Shown here piece by piece: positions 26,282 through 39,610 of a DNA stretch of 64,000 nt. Made by a program: the position numbers and the translations under genes. Source of the DNA: Eledone cirrhosa (lineage: Eukaryota); contig OZ024744.1 of assembly GCA_964016885.1 (NCBI GenBank), positions 89,280,001-89,344,000 of the forward strand. The letters are read 5' to 3'. The notes under the pieces are model-generated. The model was not told where the DNA came from, ran no database searches, and saw nothing but the letters and a program-made list of their open reading frames with translations. Numbering within the stretch: the first letter of the stretch is position 1; the number at the start of each line of letters is the position of its first letter.

Positions 26282-27414
26282 AGTATGTTTTTAAAAAATG
26301 ACTGGATTGTTTGGGGCGTCATCAGGAGTTAATTTGATCAACACTCAACTGGGGTTAACCAAAAGCAACAATAAAATCGAAATATGCATTAAACAGTGTA
26401 GTCCTAAATATATGTTACAATGTCTAAAGAAAGGCTGGATTGTGGACCTTGGCTTAAACAACAACAAAACAACCAAGTTATTTTAGCAAACAGTTGTTGT
26501 TGTTGTTAATGAAAGACATCGCAGCCGCGACAAGCCAATCGTTTGCTGCGTACACCTAAAATTCCACTAAACAATGTATCTTTCTCCTGATTAAGAAAGT
26601 GAAGTGATTTTTGAGAGATTTTACTGATTTTACTGGTGGTGGTCGTCGTGGTGGGTGTGGTGGTAGCGTCTGCGCTGGTGGTGGTGGTGGTGAGGGTGGT
26701 GGTGGTGTTGGTGTTAGTGATGGTAATGTTGAGGTGGTGCTATTGAAGCGGTGGCGGTGACGGCGGCGGTATTAATGCTGCTGATGTCTTTCTTACTGTT
26801 GTTTTGTTCCCAAATAAATCCTGATCGGGAAGACCTAACTTAAAAAATCATTTCAGCCATGACCATCCTGTCTTTTTTCATTTTTCTCCTATATACAGGG
26901 AAGTGAGAAAACAACATTGTTCAACATATTATTTTCTAAGAGAGAATAAAGTATAATCTTTAGAATGATTTGGTTGCTATTTCTAGCAGATCAAACAGCT
27001 TATAATAACGCTAGCTACTGCCGTTATTCTTATACTAGCTAAGTAGCAGATGTTAAAGCAATGATTTAATGTCTGACCGAAAAAAAAATATATATATATA
27101 TATAATTATAACAACGAATATATAAATAAATAAATATAACAATAAAAATATAAATACATATATGTAAAATATCCAAAAGACTTTATTATACACGATGTAA
27201 ACAGACAACTATTTATAACATGTAAAATATTATTCAATTAATGGACAAAACAATAAATTTATTGCACCGTTTTCAACTTGGCAAATGCCTGGACGACATC
27301 TTAAGTTGTGTCTATCTAATGGGTTTTTCTGAATTTACAAAACAGTCTTTACAATTAGGGTCATTGACATTCGTTTATTACTTCTATTTCGTCGCTTTTA
27401 TCTTACTTACTCTC

Positions 27415-27494
<80 letters not shown>

Positions 27495-27638
27495 GCATAT
27501 ATACATGTATGTATATATATACATATATATATATATATATAGGCATATATTTTCATGTATGTATATATATACATATATATATATATGCATATATACATGT
27601 ATGTATATATATACATATATATATATATATATGCATAT

Positions 27639-27700
<62 letters not shown>

Positions 27701-27748
27701 ATATATTTATATATGCATATATACATGTATGTATATATGTATATATGC

Positions 27749-27864
<116 letters not shown>

Positions 27865-28212
27865 CTAAACGGAATAGAAAATGCTGACAAACTGTTCACA
27901 GTGAAAAATAGTTTACTTAGGAATAATACACACTCAGATATGTGTATGAAGAGCAGTTTTTGTAGGACAATAATAACACTCTGCAAATAAAACATAAGAA
28001 AACATGTATTTCCATGCTTCTTTTTTCCTTTTTTTTTCTTTTTATTTCTTCTTTCTTTTTCTCTTCCTTTGTAGTTTTTTGTTTTGTCTTCGGGTTTTTG
28101 TTGTCGTGTTTGATGTTTTTTTCTCTCATATCAAATTTTAAGTGCTCGGTGATCGACGCAAATCTTAAGAAGGGTTATAATATTAATCATAATTTTTTGC
28201 CTAGTATTATTC

Positions 28213-28510
28213 TTTGCCTTTCATCCTTATGGGATCGATAAAATAAAGTACCAGTAATACACTGGCAAATTGCTGGCCTTGTGCCAAAAGTAGAAACAAT
28301 TATTAACATTTTTATTGGTGGATTGGCTGTATCGGTAGAGCGTCGAACGCCATGCCTTGCAGCAAAGAGTTACGTCCCTTTACGATCTGAGTTCAAATCT
28401 CACCGAGGTTAACTTTGCCTTTCATCCTTACGGGGTCGATAAAATAAACTACCAGTAATGTACTGGTGTAATTTCTGGTCTTGTGCCAGAAAGCAGAAAC
28501 AATTATTATC
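28213..28510 (+). mobile_element. Two adjacent SINE copies (3' fragment plus near full-length)
   Basis: SINE body twice; A-box-like TGGCTGTATCGG and B box GTTCAAATC in the second. Confidence 0.88.
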
Positions 28511-28604
28511 ACATTATCATCATTTCGTCGTCCACGTCATCGTTACTATCACGTTACTTATAACCTTTGATATTAAATGTCTTGCTTTCCTCACCATATA
28601 TTTC

Positions 28605-28647
<43 letters not shown>

Positions 28648-28669
28648 ATAATAATAAATTTGAAATATA

Positions 28670-29557
28670 TAGAGCGGGTAAAATTCCCGAGATCCATGGA
28701 CGAGTTCTCTCCAGCGGTCTCTGTCCCTCATTATCGCTGCCATGTCCTGCGTCTCCAACATACCAGTGTCTGTCCTTAGGGCATCAACATACGTTAACCT
28801 TGGTCTTCCTCTTCCAGTGTATCCATGTAGGGGCTCCCACAGGAGCACTGAGTGCAATGTCAACTCTGGATGTCGGTGAGCATGTCCAGCTAACCTCAGT
28901 CTCCTCTGTGTCACTTTTGAGCTGACTTTGGGGAGACCCCATACAGCTCTGAGTTTTTCATCCTCAGTGTATACTGATACATTGGCTCCCTACCTTTTTA
29001 TCATAGTTGTGGACTATTGTATGCGCCTTGAACTGGAAAAACACCGAGACTCTGGCTTTACTGTAGCACCGGCTCAGAGCAGGAGAGTTAAGGCGAAAAA
29101 TATATCAGATGCTGAATTTGCCGACGACATAGTTTTGGTGACAAATACAGTGAAGGAGGCAGAGGATTTGATGCAGGAGGTTGAGACTGTGTCGATGAGT
29201 GTGGGGCTGAGAATGAATGAGAATAAAACAAAATATCTGGTAGAGAATGTTGAGAAGCCAGAGGGGATCACTAATGTAGGCGGGAAGCCGCTAGAATTGG
29301 TTGAGGACTTCCTGTATTTGGGAGCAAAGATTGGGAATACGGAAGATGATGTGCTTGAGAGGAAGAGCAAAGCCTGGGCGGCGTGCCACAGCTTGAGATC
29401 GGTGTGGGAGTCGGACCTTCGTAAAGACCTGAAAATCCGCCTCTTCATTGCTGTAGTGGAGTCTGTGCTGCTGTACAGGTCTGAGACTTGGACACTGACC
29501 AAGAAACTCACTCAGATGGTGGATGGGTGTTACACGAGAATGCTGAGGATGGCTCTG

Positions 29558-29560
<3 letters not shown>
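28670..29560 (-). mobile_element. RTE-clade LINE, 5'-truncated with inversion
   Basis: Plus-strand 28975-29560: DTLAPYLFIIVVDY, EFADDIVL, FLYLG, DGCYTRMLRMALN; minus-strand 28670-28968: QRRLRLAGH..WEP..RGRPRLTYVD. Confidence 0.9.
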
Positions 29561-29641
<81 letters not shown>

Positions 29642-29846
29642 TTATAAACATTTTTAAGCTTGTTGAATCCCAACAAATTAAATATAACCTCTGCATATAT
29701 ATGTACATATATGCAGAGGTTATATTTAATTTGTTGGGATTCAACAAGCTTAAAAATGTTTAAAACTGATATAAAGCACTCAACAGTTTAGTGGAGTAAA
29801 TACACACTATATTAATAAATGGAAACTATATTTATAAAACCATATT

Positions 29847-29912
29847 TATTTTATTATATATATTTCAAGGGCAACTAAGGCAAATTATGGTGCGCTTTCA
29901 TCAGATAAAATA
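29847..29912 (-). ncRNA. Minimal type I hammerhead (family F)
   Basis: tattttat-CTGATGA-aagcgca...tgccctt-GAAA-t-atat-ATA-ataaaata. Confidence 0.8.
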
Positions 29913-30207
29913 CAGATTTGTTTTATAAATAAATATTGACATACACGGAAAAAAGACAACCTTCACGTTTGAAGCTTCCTGGATAGTGGAGATAATATTT
30001 TATTGGGGGTAATACAAAGTTATGAGTGAGTATGCAAATGAGTGTCCAAAAAATTGAAAAGATAACGGTTTATTTAAATTAAACTGTTGGAAGAAGAGGA
30101 TATGTAAGGGAGAGAGAAGTAAAGGAAGGAGAAAGAGATAAGAAGAAAGAAAGAACGATTATACATAGTGATAGTGAAGATAATCAAAGCGAACGAGGAA
30201 ATAAATT

Positions 30208-30462
30208 TTAATTATATTCTTAAGATAAACATTTTTTAACTTCATAACATTTATGACTTCTTATAAAATAACCTATGGTTTATGTTTAAATTATATTCTT
30301 AAGATAAATTTATGACTTCTTATAAAATAACCTATGATTTATGTTTAAATTATATTCTTAAGATAAATTTATGACTTCTTATAAAATAACCTATGGTTTA
30401 TGTTTTAATTATATTCTTAAGATTCATTTTTTAACTTTATAACATTTATGACTTCTTATAAA
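30208..30462. repeat. 59-bp AT-rich tandem repeat (~4 units)
   Basis: ttatgacttcttataaa at 30251, 30310, 30369 and 30446. Confidence 0.9.
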
Positions 30463-30799
30463 AAAATTTTTTTTTTTTTTTAAAGGTTTTTATGTATCCT
30501 TGGAGTCATTTGAGTTCTTAAAAAATCACTTCTAACCTCCTTTAAACTTCCTTACTGTTTTTATAATCTAATTAAGTAGTTATTCCTTTGTAAACTCTCG
30601 TAAATTTTCATAAATTTGGAATTATTTGGATGTTTAAGTTTTGACTTACAATTATTAATAAATATAATTTTGCCAAACTTACTTTAATCAAATAAACTAT
30701 ACTAGATTTTCGCCAATGTAAAATACTATACATTTAAATAATTTATAATCCATAATATACACATCGAAACCAATATATTATTACTAATACATCTTGGAT

Positions 30800-30990
30800 G
30801 GCGGTGGATTGGCAGTATTGGTAGAGGGTCGGACGCCATGCTTTGACGCATAGAGTTACGGCCCTTGCCATTCTGAATTCAAATCCCGCCGAGGTTAACT
30901 TTGCCTTTCATCCTTACGGGGTCGATAAAATAAAGTACCAGTAATACACTGGGGTAATTGCTGGCCTTGTGCCTAACGTAGAAACAATTA
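30800..30990 (+). mobile_element. Full-length tRNA-derived SINE with TSD
   Basis: A box TGGCAGTATTGG; attattactaatacatctt repeated at both flanks. Confidence 0.92.
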
Positions 30991-31550
30991 TTACTAATAC
31001 ATCTTAATATAATATAAATACTTCTGTTTTAATTTTAAATTTTTATTCTTATTTTTTATTTCTAATTTTTTAATTTTAATATTAATATTAAATTAAATTT
31101 TTAATATTAAATTAAATTTTAATCTTTAATTTTGATTTTTAATTTTAAATAATATTTTTAAATATTTAATTTTCAACTTATTATAAATATTATAAACACA
31201 ACGTAATGAACCCTACATTCTGAATATTATTCACGTTCTGTATATTCTTCCATAAAATTTATTTCCTCGTTCACTTTGATTATTATCACTATCACTATAT
31301 ATAATCGTTCTTTCTTTCTTCTTCTCTCTTTCTCCTTCCTTTTCTTCTCTCTCCCTTACATACCCTCTTCTTCCAACAGTTTAATTTAAATAAACCGTTA
31401 TCTTTTCAATTTTTTGGACACTCATTTGCATACTCACTCATTACTTTGTATCACCCTCAATAAAATATTATCCCCACTATCCAGGAAGCTTCAACCGTGA
31501 AGGTTGTCTTTTTTCCGGGTATGTCAATATTTATTTATAAAGCAAATCTG

Positions 31551-31616
31551 TATTTCATCTGATGAAAACGCACTATAATTTACCTTGGTTGCCCTTGAAA
31601 TATATATAATAAAATA
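31551..31616 (+). ncRNA. Minimal type I hammerhead (family F)
   Basis: tatttcat-CTGATGA-aaacgca...tgccctt-GAAA-tatat-ATA-ataaaata. Confidence 0.72.
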
Positions 31617-31655
31617 AATATGGTTTTATAAATATAGTTTCCATTTATTAATATA

Positions 31656-31702
<47 letters not shown>

Positions 31703-31705
<3 letters not shown>

Positions 31706-32152
31706 GTATGTATACGTACATACATATATGTATACAGACGCACAGTAGTATGTATATATATATACATACTTGCACACATATATATATATGGACGTATGGA
31801 TTTACCGAACATTTATTATAATGCTCAGTGTGTTTGTAAACAAACATCCCGAATTAAGCCGTACAGTGTTTAGCAACCATCGTTGCCCTTTTGTTCAACA
31901 CTGACAAAGGAACGATGTACTAGTTTCAAGCTTATTAGCTATTGTCAGCACCGTATACCTTCCCGTCAGATGATTGAACGTCTGAAAGTATATACTTTCC
32001 TTATGCATATGTATGTACGTATACATACTTATATTTAAGTAACAGCCGTACTAAGAGTGAGAAATGAAATTTCGTTTCATTTTTTCTGTTTATCGTTTTC
32101 GGTGCGCCCGGCCGATTAACTCACTCGATATGCAAATTAGGCTGCTTAGCAA
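31703..32152 (-). mobile_element. Family A element with inversion; HHR at 31912-31954(-)
   Basis: acggtg-CTGACAA-tagc taataa gctt-GAAA-cta-GTA-catcgt. Confidence 0.8.
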
Positions 32153-32165
32153 AAGGAAAGTATAT

Positions 32166-33000
32166 ACTCATATAGATACCCTGCAATTAACAATCTCAAA
32201 GTATAAATACTGAGCATTATAATATTATTATGTGTAGAAGTAAACACAGTAAACCCGTGTCTAAAATTACGAGGGTAGATTACACCACAAATGTTATATA
32301 TCATTCAACCTGAATCATATGGGATTTTACAAGATTTCTTACAAGATTTCTCATACATACCATATCAATAACCATTTCATCTCTCGGACAGACTAAAGAT
32401 TTAATCTGTTTCGCCCTGAATGAATCGTGCTTGTAACAAGTAATGCGTAGGCATTTCGTCAGCAGGAGATAAGATTAAATGTTACATAACACCCACAACA
32501 ATAAACTCACTAAAGCTTACACCTCGTGCGTTGAAAGTCATATGCGGTGCTAGTGGTTATGCTACAAATAATAGCCTATTTACACTCCTTTTTATAAGCT
32601 CAACAGATAAGGAGCCGAAATACAAATAAAATATAGAGTTAATAACTCATATAGATACCCTGCAATTAACAAACTCAAAGTATAAATACTGAGCATTATA
32701 ATATTAATATGTGTAGAAGTAAACACAGTAAACCCGTGTCTAAAATTACGAGGGTAGATTACACCACAAATGTTATATATCATTCAACCTGAATCATATG
32801 GGATTCAGGGCGAAACAGATTAAATCTTTAGTCTGTCAGGAGATGAAATGGTTATTGATATGGTATGTATGAGAAATCTTGTAAGAAATCTTCTAAAATC
32901 CGATATGATTCAGGTTGAATGATATATAACATTTGATTGTAATCTACCCTCCTAATTTTAGATACGGGTTTACTGTGTTTACTTCTACACATATTAATAT
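32166..33000 (-). mobile_element. HHR-bearing 479-nt tandem repeat (family C) with inverted 5' segment
   Basis: ctcatatagatacc at 32167 and 32646; 32806-33000 is inverted relative to 32220-32420. Confidence 0.8.
32380..32470 (-). ncRNA. Type I hammerhead (family C)
   Basis: atctcctg-CTGACGA-aatgcct...gggc-GAAA-cagatta aatctt tagtctg-TC-cgagaga. Confidence 0.65.
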
Positions 33001-33001
33001 G

Positions 33002-33066
<65 letters not shown>

Positions 33067-33180
33067 AATGAATACAAGGAGTTTAAAACCGTTCGAACAT
33101 GTTTATATAACAGTGCGCCTACGTACGTTTCTCCCAGAATGGGCTTATCAAGGGTATGGTAAACAAAAAAATATATATAT

Positions 33181-33211
<31 letters not shown>

Positions 33212-33212
<1 letters not shown>

Positions 33213-33692
33213 TTCGTTTCTGAATTTATTTAGCAAGATTCTTTATCTGAAAACGTGTGTTGAAACCGATATTGTTATACTTTGGGAGGGTCATGTTGCC
33301 AATAAAAAACACACGCACCAGTATCTTTCACTTCAATTTATTATAAATTAAATTTATAAATTTAAGAATTTATAAATTTCCGGTTGGCTGATTGGTTCCA
33401 CAACCGGACGGTTGTTCATATATTGTCAAAGTTCTTTCCTCACACATTCTGTGACCTCTTTAGGAGGGGAACAAAACAAAGAAAAGAATCCCCAGTCACT
33501 GAAGAGGTCACAGAATGTGTGACGAAAGAACTTTGACAATATATGAACAACCGTCCGGTTGTGGAACCAACCAACCAACCGGAAATTTATAAATTCTTAA
33601 ATTTATGAATTTAATTTATAATAAATTGGAGTGAAAGCAACTGTTGCGTGTGTTTCTTATTGGCAACATGACACTCCCAAATTATAACAATA
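33212..33692. mobile_element. Fold-back element (family G); HHR at 33495-33537(+)
   Basis: Arms ~33269-33460 and ~33502-33692; gtca-CTGAAGA-g-gtcac agaatgt gtgac-GAAA-gaa-CTT-tgac. Confidence 0.8.
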
Positions 33693-33802
33693 TATATATT
33701 TATATATATATTTATATGTGTATATATATATTTATATATATATATTTATATATATATATATTTATATATATATATTTATATATATATATTTATATATATA
33801 TA

Positions 33803-33841
<39 letters not shown>

Positions 33842-34346
33842 TTATAATGACCCCCCATCATTTTGATTTAGATTAAATTCATTTTGATTTATCTTAATTT
33901 TGGATATAGATATATAAATACGGCTCCTTAATTGTAGAGCTAACTCTGTTGAAAGGACTTGACTGCTGTTTCTAGTTGTCGATAACCCTATTCACGCCAC
34001 AGGGACGAAGCTGGTATGATGTGTGTATTTCTAGTAGATACAGCACGTGTTGCTGGCCAGTCGCTGATTTGAACTTGAAGTGTAAACATAGATCGCTGAA
34101 ACTTCTTCCTTGTTGAAAATCCAAGTTTACCATTCGATTAATTGGTGAAATATATTTCTTTAATGGAATATATACAGGGAAGATTAATCATATTATAAGG
34201 TATATATTTTTGAAGTTCTGGTTAACTTTATTTAGTTACCTACCTAGCTATGTGTGCTTACACACTTGTAAAAATTATCTCCTGCGATTATTCATGTTTA
34301 TTTATATGTTAATCAATTTCTAGTTATTATATATTTATATATATAT

Positions 34347-34825
34347 ATTTCGTTCCTGAATTTGTTTAGCAAGATTCTTTATTTGAAAACGTGTGTTGAA
34401 ACCGATATTGTTATACTTTGGGAGGGTCATGTTGCCAATAAGAAACACACGCACCAGTTGCTTTCACTTTAATTTATTATAATAAATTTATAAATTTATG
34501 AATTTATAAATTTCCGGTTGGTTGGTTGGTTCCACAACCAGATGATTGTTTATATATTGTCAAAGTTCTTTCGTCACGCATTCTGTGAACAAAGGAGAGG
34601 CACAAAAACAAAGAAAGGAATCCCCGGTCATTGAAGAGGTCACAGAATGTGTGACGAAAGAACTTTGACAATATATAAACAATCATCTGGTTGTGGAACC
34701 AACCAACCAACTGGAAATTTATAAATTCCTAAATTTATAAATTTATAATAATAAATTGAAGTGAAAGCAACTGGTGTGTGTGTTTCTTATTGACAACATG
34801 ACCCTCCCGAAGTATAACAATATAT
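34347..34825. mobile_element. Second family G fold-back element; HHR variant TTGAAGA at 34627-34669(+)
   Basis: Homologous to 33212-33692 with a different turn-around point. Confidence 0.78.
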
Positions 34826-34847
34826 ATATATATCTATTTATATATAG

Positions 34848-35040
34848 TTTAATATAGATGAGATTCTACAGGACTAGAACTGTTTCATTCTTTAGAAATC
34901 ATCAGGATTCCTGATGATTTCTAAAGAATGAAACAGTTCTAGTCCTGTAGAATCTCATCTATATTAAAACCTTTATACTCTGCAATGTATTGAGTACCTT
35001 ACTTACTGTGGTTACCTCCGATTCAACCCGGAATAGCGTA
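34848..35040 (+). mobile_element. Perfect 121-bp palindrome element; complete HHR at 34906-34954(+)
   Basis: Arms 34848-34906 and 34910-34968; gattc-CTGATGA-tttc taaa gaat-GAAA-cag ttctagtc ctg-TA-gaatc. Confidence 0.82.
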
Positions 35041-35073
35041 TATATTTATATATATATTTATATATATATATTT

Positions 35074-35315
35074 ATATTTATTAAAATAACAGATTAATGT
35101 TTAAGCAAAGAATCGCTGCTTTCACCCTTAACGGGATCTTCTGAAACAGAAGTTTCAGAAGATCCCGTTAAGGGTGAAAGCAGCGATTCTTTGCTTAAAC
35201 TTTAATCTGTTATTTTAATAAATATTTGCTCTACGGTTCTTATATATTTGATATATATTTATCCTTATCGAGCCCTCTTTGGATTTTAGTGTTCAAATTT
35301 ATTATTATTACTGTA
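35074..35315 (+). mobile_element. Palindrome element; HHR variant at 35150-35202(+)
   Basis: Arms 35074-35147 and 35152-35225; aagttt-CAGAAGA-tccc gttaa gggt-GAAA-gca gcgattctt tgc-TT-aaactt. Confidence 0.75.
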
Positions 35316-35532
35316 TATATTTATATATTTTTGCATATATATATATATATATGTAGATAAATCTACCAAAATGTACGGTAGTGTCCAATCCGTATGAAGA
35401 GCTCAATGTAATCCGAATATCATGATGTATTCAAAAAACTTTTTTCCGATGAAAATACAGGAAAACTGAGTCAAGATAAATTAATGAAAATAATGAATAA
35501 AAACAAAGAATCAGTTCCTTATATTAAAAAAT

Positions 35533-35670
35533 TCATCATTTTACGATCGTTTCTAGGATATATATGTTTGTGTTGGTATGTATATCATATAGATCTATGT
35601 AAAATGTTTACAAACTATCAGAGGGAATATACATACCTACACATATGTATGCTGTCTTCAGAAATAATGA
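35533..35670 (-). ncRNA. Hammerhead in the sense pLTR (family E, long stem II)
   Basis: tcattattt-CTGAAGA-...~100 nt...-GAAA-c-gatc-GTA-aaatgatga. Confidence 0.75.
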
Positions 35671-36406
35671 TATTTGTTTATTAAAAAAAACCAACAAAGA
35701 TTTAATATAATAGGTCTGTTTGGGAACAGGTTTTGAATTGACCAATAGAAAGGTAGTAATTGGTCAAGATGGTAGAGTAGTAGTAATAGAACTTTAATTT
35801 AGAGGTAGAGGAAAGCAGATTTCAGTTTTGAATGGAAAGAGTATGATGAATGAAAAGATTATTTTAGGGATGAAAATAGGTCAAGTCGGTAAAAGATACA
35901 CGAAGAATTGATGTTATAAAAGAATAATGCTAATGTAAATATCTAAGGAGAATACAATTTTACGATAAATGTGTTAGTGAGAACTATCAATCTTATTTAA
36001 AGTATAGGGAATTTACATCTATAAAAAGAAAATAAATTAATTAAATTGACAGGTATATTTATATTGATAAATTTATATTAATTCATATAGATATGATAAA
36101 TAAGAGTTAAATGTAATTGAAGAGTGCTGTTAAAAACGAAGGGAAAATAAACAAATAATAATAATTATTATTGGGGGGGGGGGGTAAATTTATTAGTGTG
36201 AAATAAAAAAATTTATATAGATTATAAGGAACATAGAATCATAACCTGAAATTAAAATAGTTTATATATATACTTATTGGTATAAATTTTAGGAAAAGAT
36301 AGCTGTAAAAGGGAAATAAAATTATGCAGTTCATTAGTAGTAGAATATTAATTATAGGTTAACTAATTTTATAAAAGTGTTATTATAATAATTTCTAAAG
36401 TGTATA

Positions 36407-38560
36407 TTAATTAGGTTTATAATATTTAAAAGTTCTTCTCAGTTTATGATTACATGATATAATTAATTCCTGTCGTTTATTTAATAGGATATCCTTAGAT
36501 TTCATTATTTCAAAAAGTTCCTGGGAACATAATCTACATTCATATCTATTATTGTGATAAGGGGTGGCCCTTTTGAGCACACTCCAGGTCAGGTTATAAT
36601 CTATATTCCTCTTTCTATAATTATTAATTATTTCAGTTAAAGATGTTGTATTAGCTAATGCGGCATTTTTAAAACTGTGTTTGTGGGTATTAAATCTTAC
36701 TTTAAATTGGTTATAAGTAGCTCCTATATATGAATAAGTTGAGTCCTTAGTGTTAACTTTACATTTATATACTATGTTATTAATACGGCAATTTCCTTTT
36801 AATGGGCAATTTGCTTTGTTTCTACAGTTACAACCTTTCGTGAATGCTGTATCAGAGGAGATAGTCAAATGAGGTGTGGAATTTTTACGACTTGATGGTG
36901 GTTTGCTGTGGTTTATTTTAGTATTATGATTAGTTTGATGTATTGGTGGTATATTCATGGTTTTTTTACATTTATATGCATTATAGGCACTTATATTTTG
37001 TTGCATATTTTTGGTTGTTGAGTAGGAGAATTTAACCGTTGATCTATTTAAAATTTGATGGTATTTGTGGTTTGGCGGGAAGTTTTTCTCTAGGATAGTA
37101 ACAAATTTTTTAGGTATATTATCTTTAATTTGTAGATTAAAAGGTGCATTATACCAAGTAACTCGTCTATTACGGTTTCGATGTTGTTTATTATTATTAT
37201 AATATGTATCCTGATGTTTATTAAGAGAATTATTGTTAATGATTTTATTACACATATTTTTAGTTAGATTCATTGATTTAGGTGTTTTAGCCTGTTTATT
37301 GGGAATGTTATTATTAACATATATTGGAGTATTAGGATGAATAGTTTTTTGAAAGTTACTATATTGTATATTAGAAGAGTTAGAGAAATTAAGTTTTATG
37401 TTGGTATTTTGGGGTATAGTGTGAGTGGCATTTAGGTGTGTATATTTCATTTAGTGTTTGTAGGTAATATTGGGTTGTATGTTTGTAGTGTTATTGGTAC
37501 AAGGTATATATACTAATTTGTTTTTGTGGCCACTTCTAGCTAAAGCTTCGTTATAAAAGGTCGCATTTTTATCAAATACATCCTGGTTAGACGAAAGGTT
37601 AGAAATTCTGAGTGAGATATTATATGCTAGGTTTTTAAGGATAGATTTAGGGTGATTAGATTCTGAGTGTATGTAATGTAAGTTTTGGTTAGGTTTATGG
37701 TAAGGTTGGTAGATACCCGTAGATAAGTCTAATGTTATATCAAGGAAATTAACTACTTTACTTGTGTTTTCAAATGTAATATCTAGACTATAATAGTCTT
37801 TGAGGAAAGTTCTAAGTTTTTTTTTTTTTTTCAATTTCTGATAGGCTAAGGTTATTGGAAAGAAGAAGACAGTCGTCACGATATAAACGACCTTTAAGGT
37901 GGGGAAAAGAAGCATTTATGTTAAAAAGAAGAAAGAGGCCCACAAGATCGGTAATTTGGGCAGAATCACTTGAGCCCATAGTAATGTCGAATAGATTACT
38001 ATATGTGTTTCTGGTCCAGTATTCTTTTTGAAATTCCAGTAGTGTTTGTCTAGCATGTGTGATAATATTAATGTCATCCATAGTTAAGTTTGATCTATTT
38101 TTGGCAAATATCAAGGCTTTGTTCAGGAGTATAGGTGATATGGAGGAATAATAATTATCTATATCGAATTGTAGAAATGAAGCAGAAGATTTATTTCTAA
38201 TATTAGTAAACTAGTTAATTACCTGGGATGTGTTTTCCCAGAGTGGTAAATTAACATGTTTTCTTAATTGTGGGATGACTCTATCTAAATTTTTTTACTA
38301 ATGATGCCAATATCAGATTTGGAAGGGCATATAAGCCTTATAGAAGGATTAGAGTTAAAGTTAGATTTATGATCTTTCAGGTTAAAATGTGTTTTTTTCA
38401 GTGCCAAAGGTTCAGTTCTATCTTCAATATTAAGTTTATTTACTATGTTGTGTGTTTTGTTGTTGATGTTCGTAAGTGCCGCATTATTTGTTTTTTTATA
38501 ATTTTTCCTGAGTTCTTTATATATAAACTCATTGTAATTATCAATATCCATGTGATACAG
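36407..38560 (-). pseudogene. PLE polyprotein: reverse transcriptase + GIY-YIG endonuclease (frameshifts/stops)
   Basis: LKDHK..RLICPSKSDIG, FDIDNYYSSI, FDITMGSSDSAQITDLVG, LYRDD, VNFLDITLDL, YIHSESNHP, CNCRNKANCPLKGNC, IVYKC..YIGATYNQFKVRFNTH, CRLC..E..LLNKRQE. Confidence 0.93.
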
Positions 38561-38612
38561 ATTTCCATTATATTATATTAAATCTTTGTTGGTTTTTTTC
38601 AATAAACAAATA

Positions 38613-38750
38613 TCATTATTTCTGAAGACAGCATATATATGTGTAGGTATGTATATTCCCTCTGATAGTTTGTAAACATTTTACATAGATCTATATGATA
38701 TACATACCAACACAAACATATATATCCTAGAAACGATCGTAAAATGATGA
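38613..38750 (+). ncRNA. Hammerhead in the inverted pLTR (family E)
   Basis: Same motif; 9-bp stem I tcattattt/aaatgatga; palindromic GATC loop. Confidence 0.75.
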
Positions 38751-38804
38751 ATTTTTTAATATAAGGAACTGTCTCTTTGTTTTTATTCATTATTTTCATT
38801 AATT

Positions 38805-38944
<140 letters not shown>

Positions 38945-39002
38945 GTAATTCCGTCGGAAAGGTCCAGAAAAAGAGACTGCTCTATGTAGGTTACAGAGCT
39001 TA

Positions 39003-39312
39003 ATAGTTATGTAATAAACAATATAAGATAATTATTTCATTTACCAGTGGTTTCTTGAAAGCATACAAATCTGCTTTCAATCATCAGAATGAAAAGATCC
39101 TGGTGTTTTTATTGAATGTGGATTTCAAACTAAAAATTAAACATAAAAAATAAAATTTAAAAAGATATTCCTTATATTTTTATTTTGAAATCCACATTCA
39201 ATAAAAAGACCAGGATTTTTTCATTCAGATGACTGAAAGCAGATTTACTTGCTTTCAAGAAACCACTGGTAAATGAAATAATGATCTTATGTTGTTTATT
39301 ACATAACTATAT
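39003..39312. mobile_element. Fold-back element (family D) with HHRs at 39038-39091(-) and 39222-39275(+)
   Basis: catt-CTGATGA-ttgaaagca...tgctttcaa-GAAA-ccactg-GTA-aatg on minus; CAGATGA variant on plus. Confidence 0.82.
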
Positions 39313-39529
39313 ATTTATATATATAGTTTTATATATATATATATATTGTTTTATAACATCTAGTTGAGAGCTTATCATGATGATTAGTCGAGCTTATTAA
39401 GTTGTGTGTGTTGGACTGTTGTTTCTATTCAATGCACGCTTACCACGTTTGACTAGTGGCGCACGGGGTGATAAATTTCATCTTTCTGTGTGAACGTTGG
39501 TACATAGTGTTTGTTGCATTTAATCAGAT

Positions 39530-39610
39530 TCTCTCGCTGATGATGCCCAAGGATTATCTGTTACAAACACACTCAGGGCGAAACAGATTAGGGATAATCT
39601 GTCCGAGAGA
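39530..39610 (+). ncRNA. Complete type I hammerhead ribozyme (family C relative)
   Basis: tctctcg-CTGATGA-t-gccc...gggc-GAAA-cagatta ggga taatctg-TC-cgagaga; 7-bp stems I and III. Confidence 0.9.

Larger units (their letters stand above)
29636..31660. mobile_element. Penelope-type non-autonomous element with ~400-bp inverted terminal repeats, each with an HHR (family F)
   Basis: 29804-30210 is the inverted copy of 31253-31659; extra palindrome 29636-29772; (TA)n flanks. Confidence 0.78.

Noticed and set aside
35484-35684. Duplicated 66-aa ORF (also 38599-38799 minus) as a small gene
   Set aside because: It only reflects the inverted pLTR duplication and overlaps the HHR antisense
36407-37450. 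Selenoprotein-type Naiad ORF with in-frame UGA
   Set aside because: The linker cysteines are ordinary Cys codons and the break at 37451 is TAA; no SECIS was identified by eye
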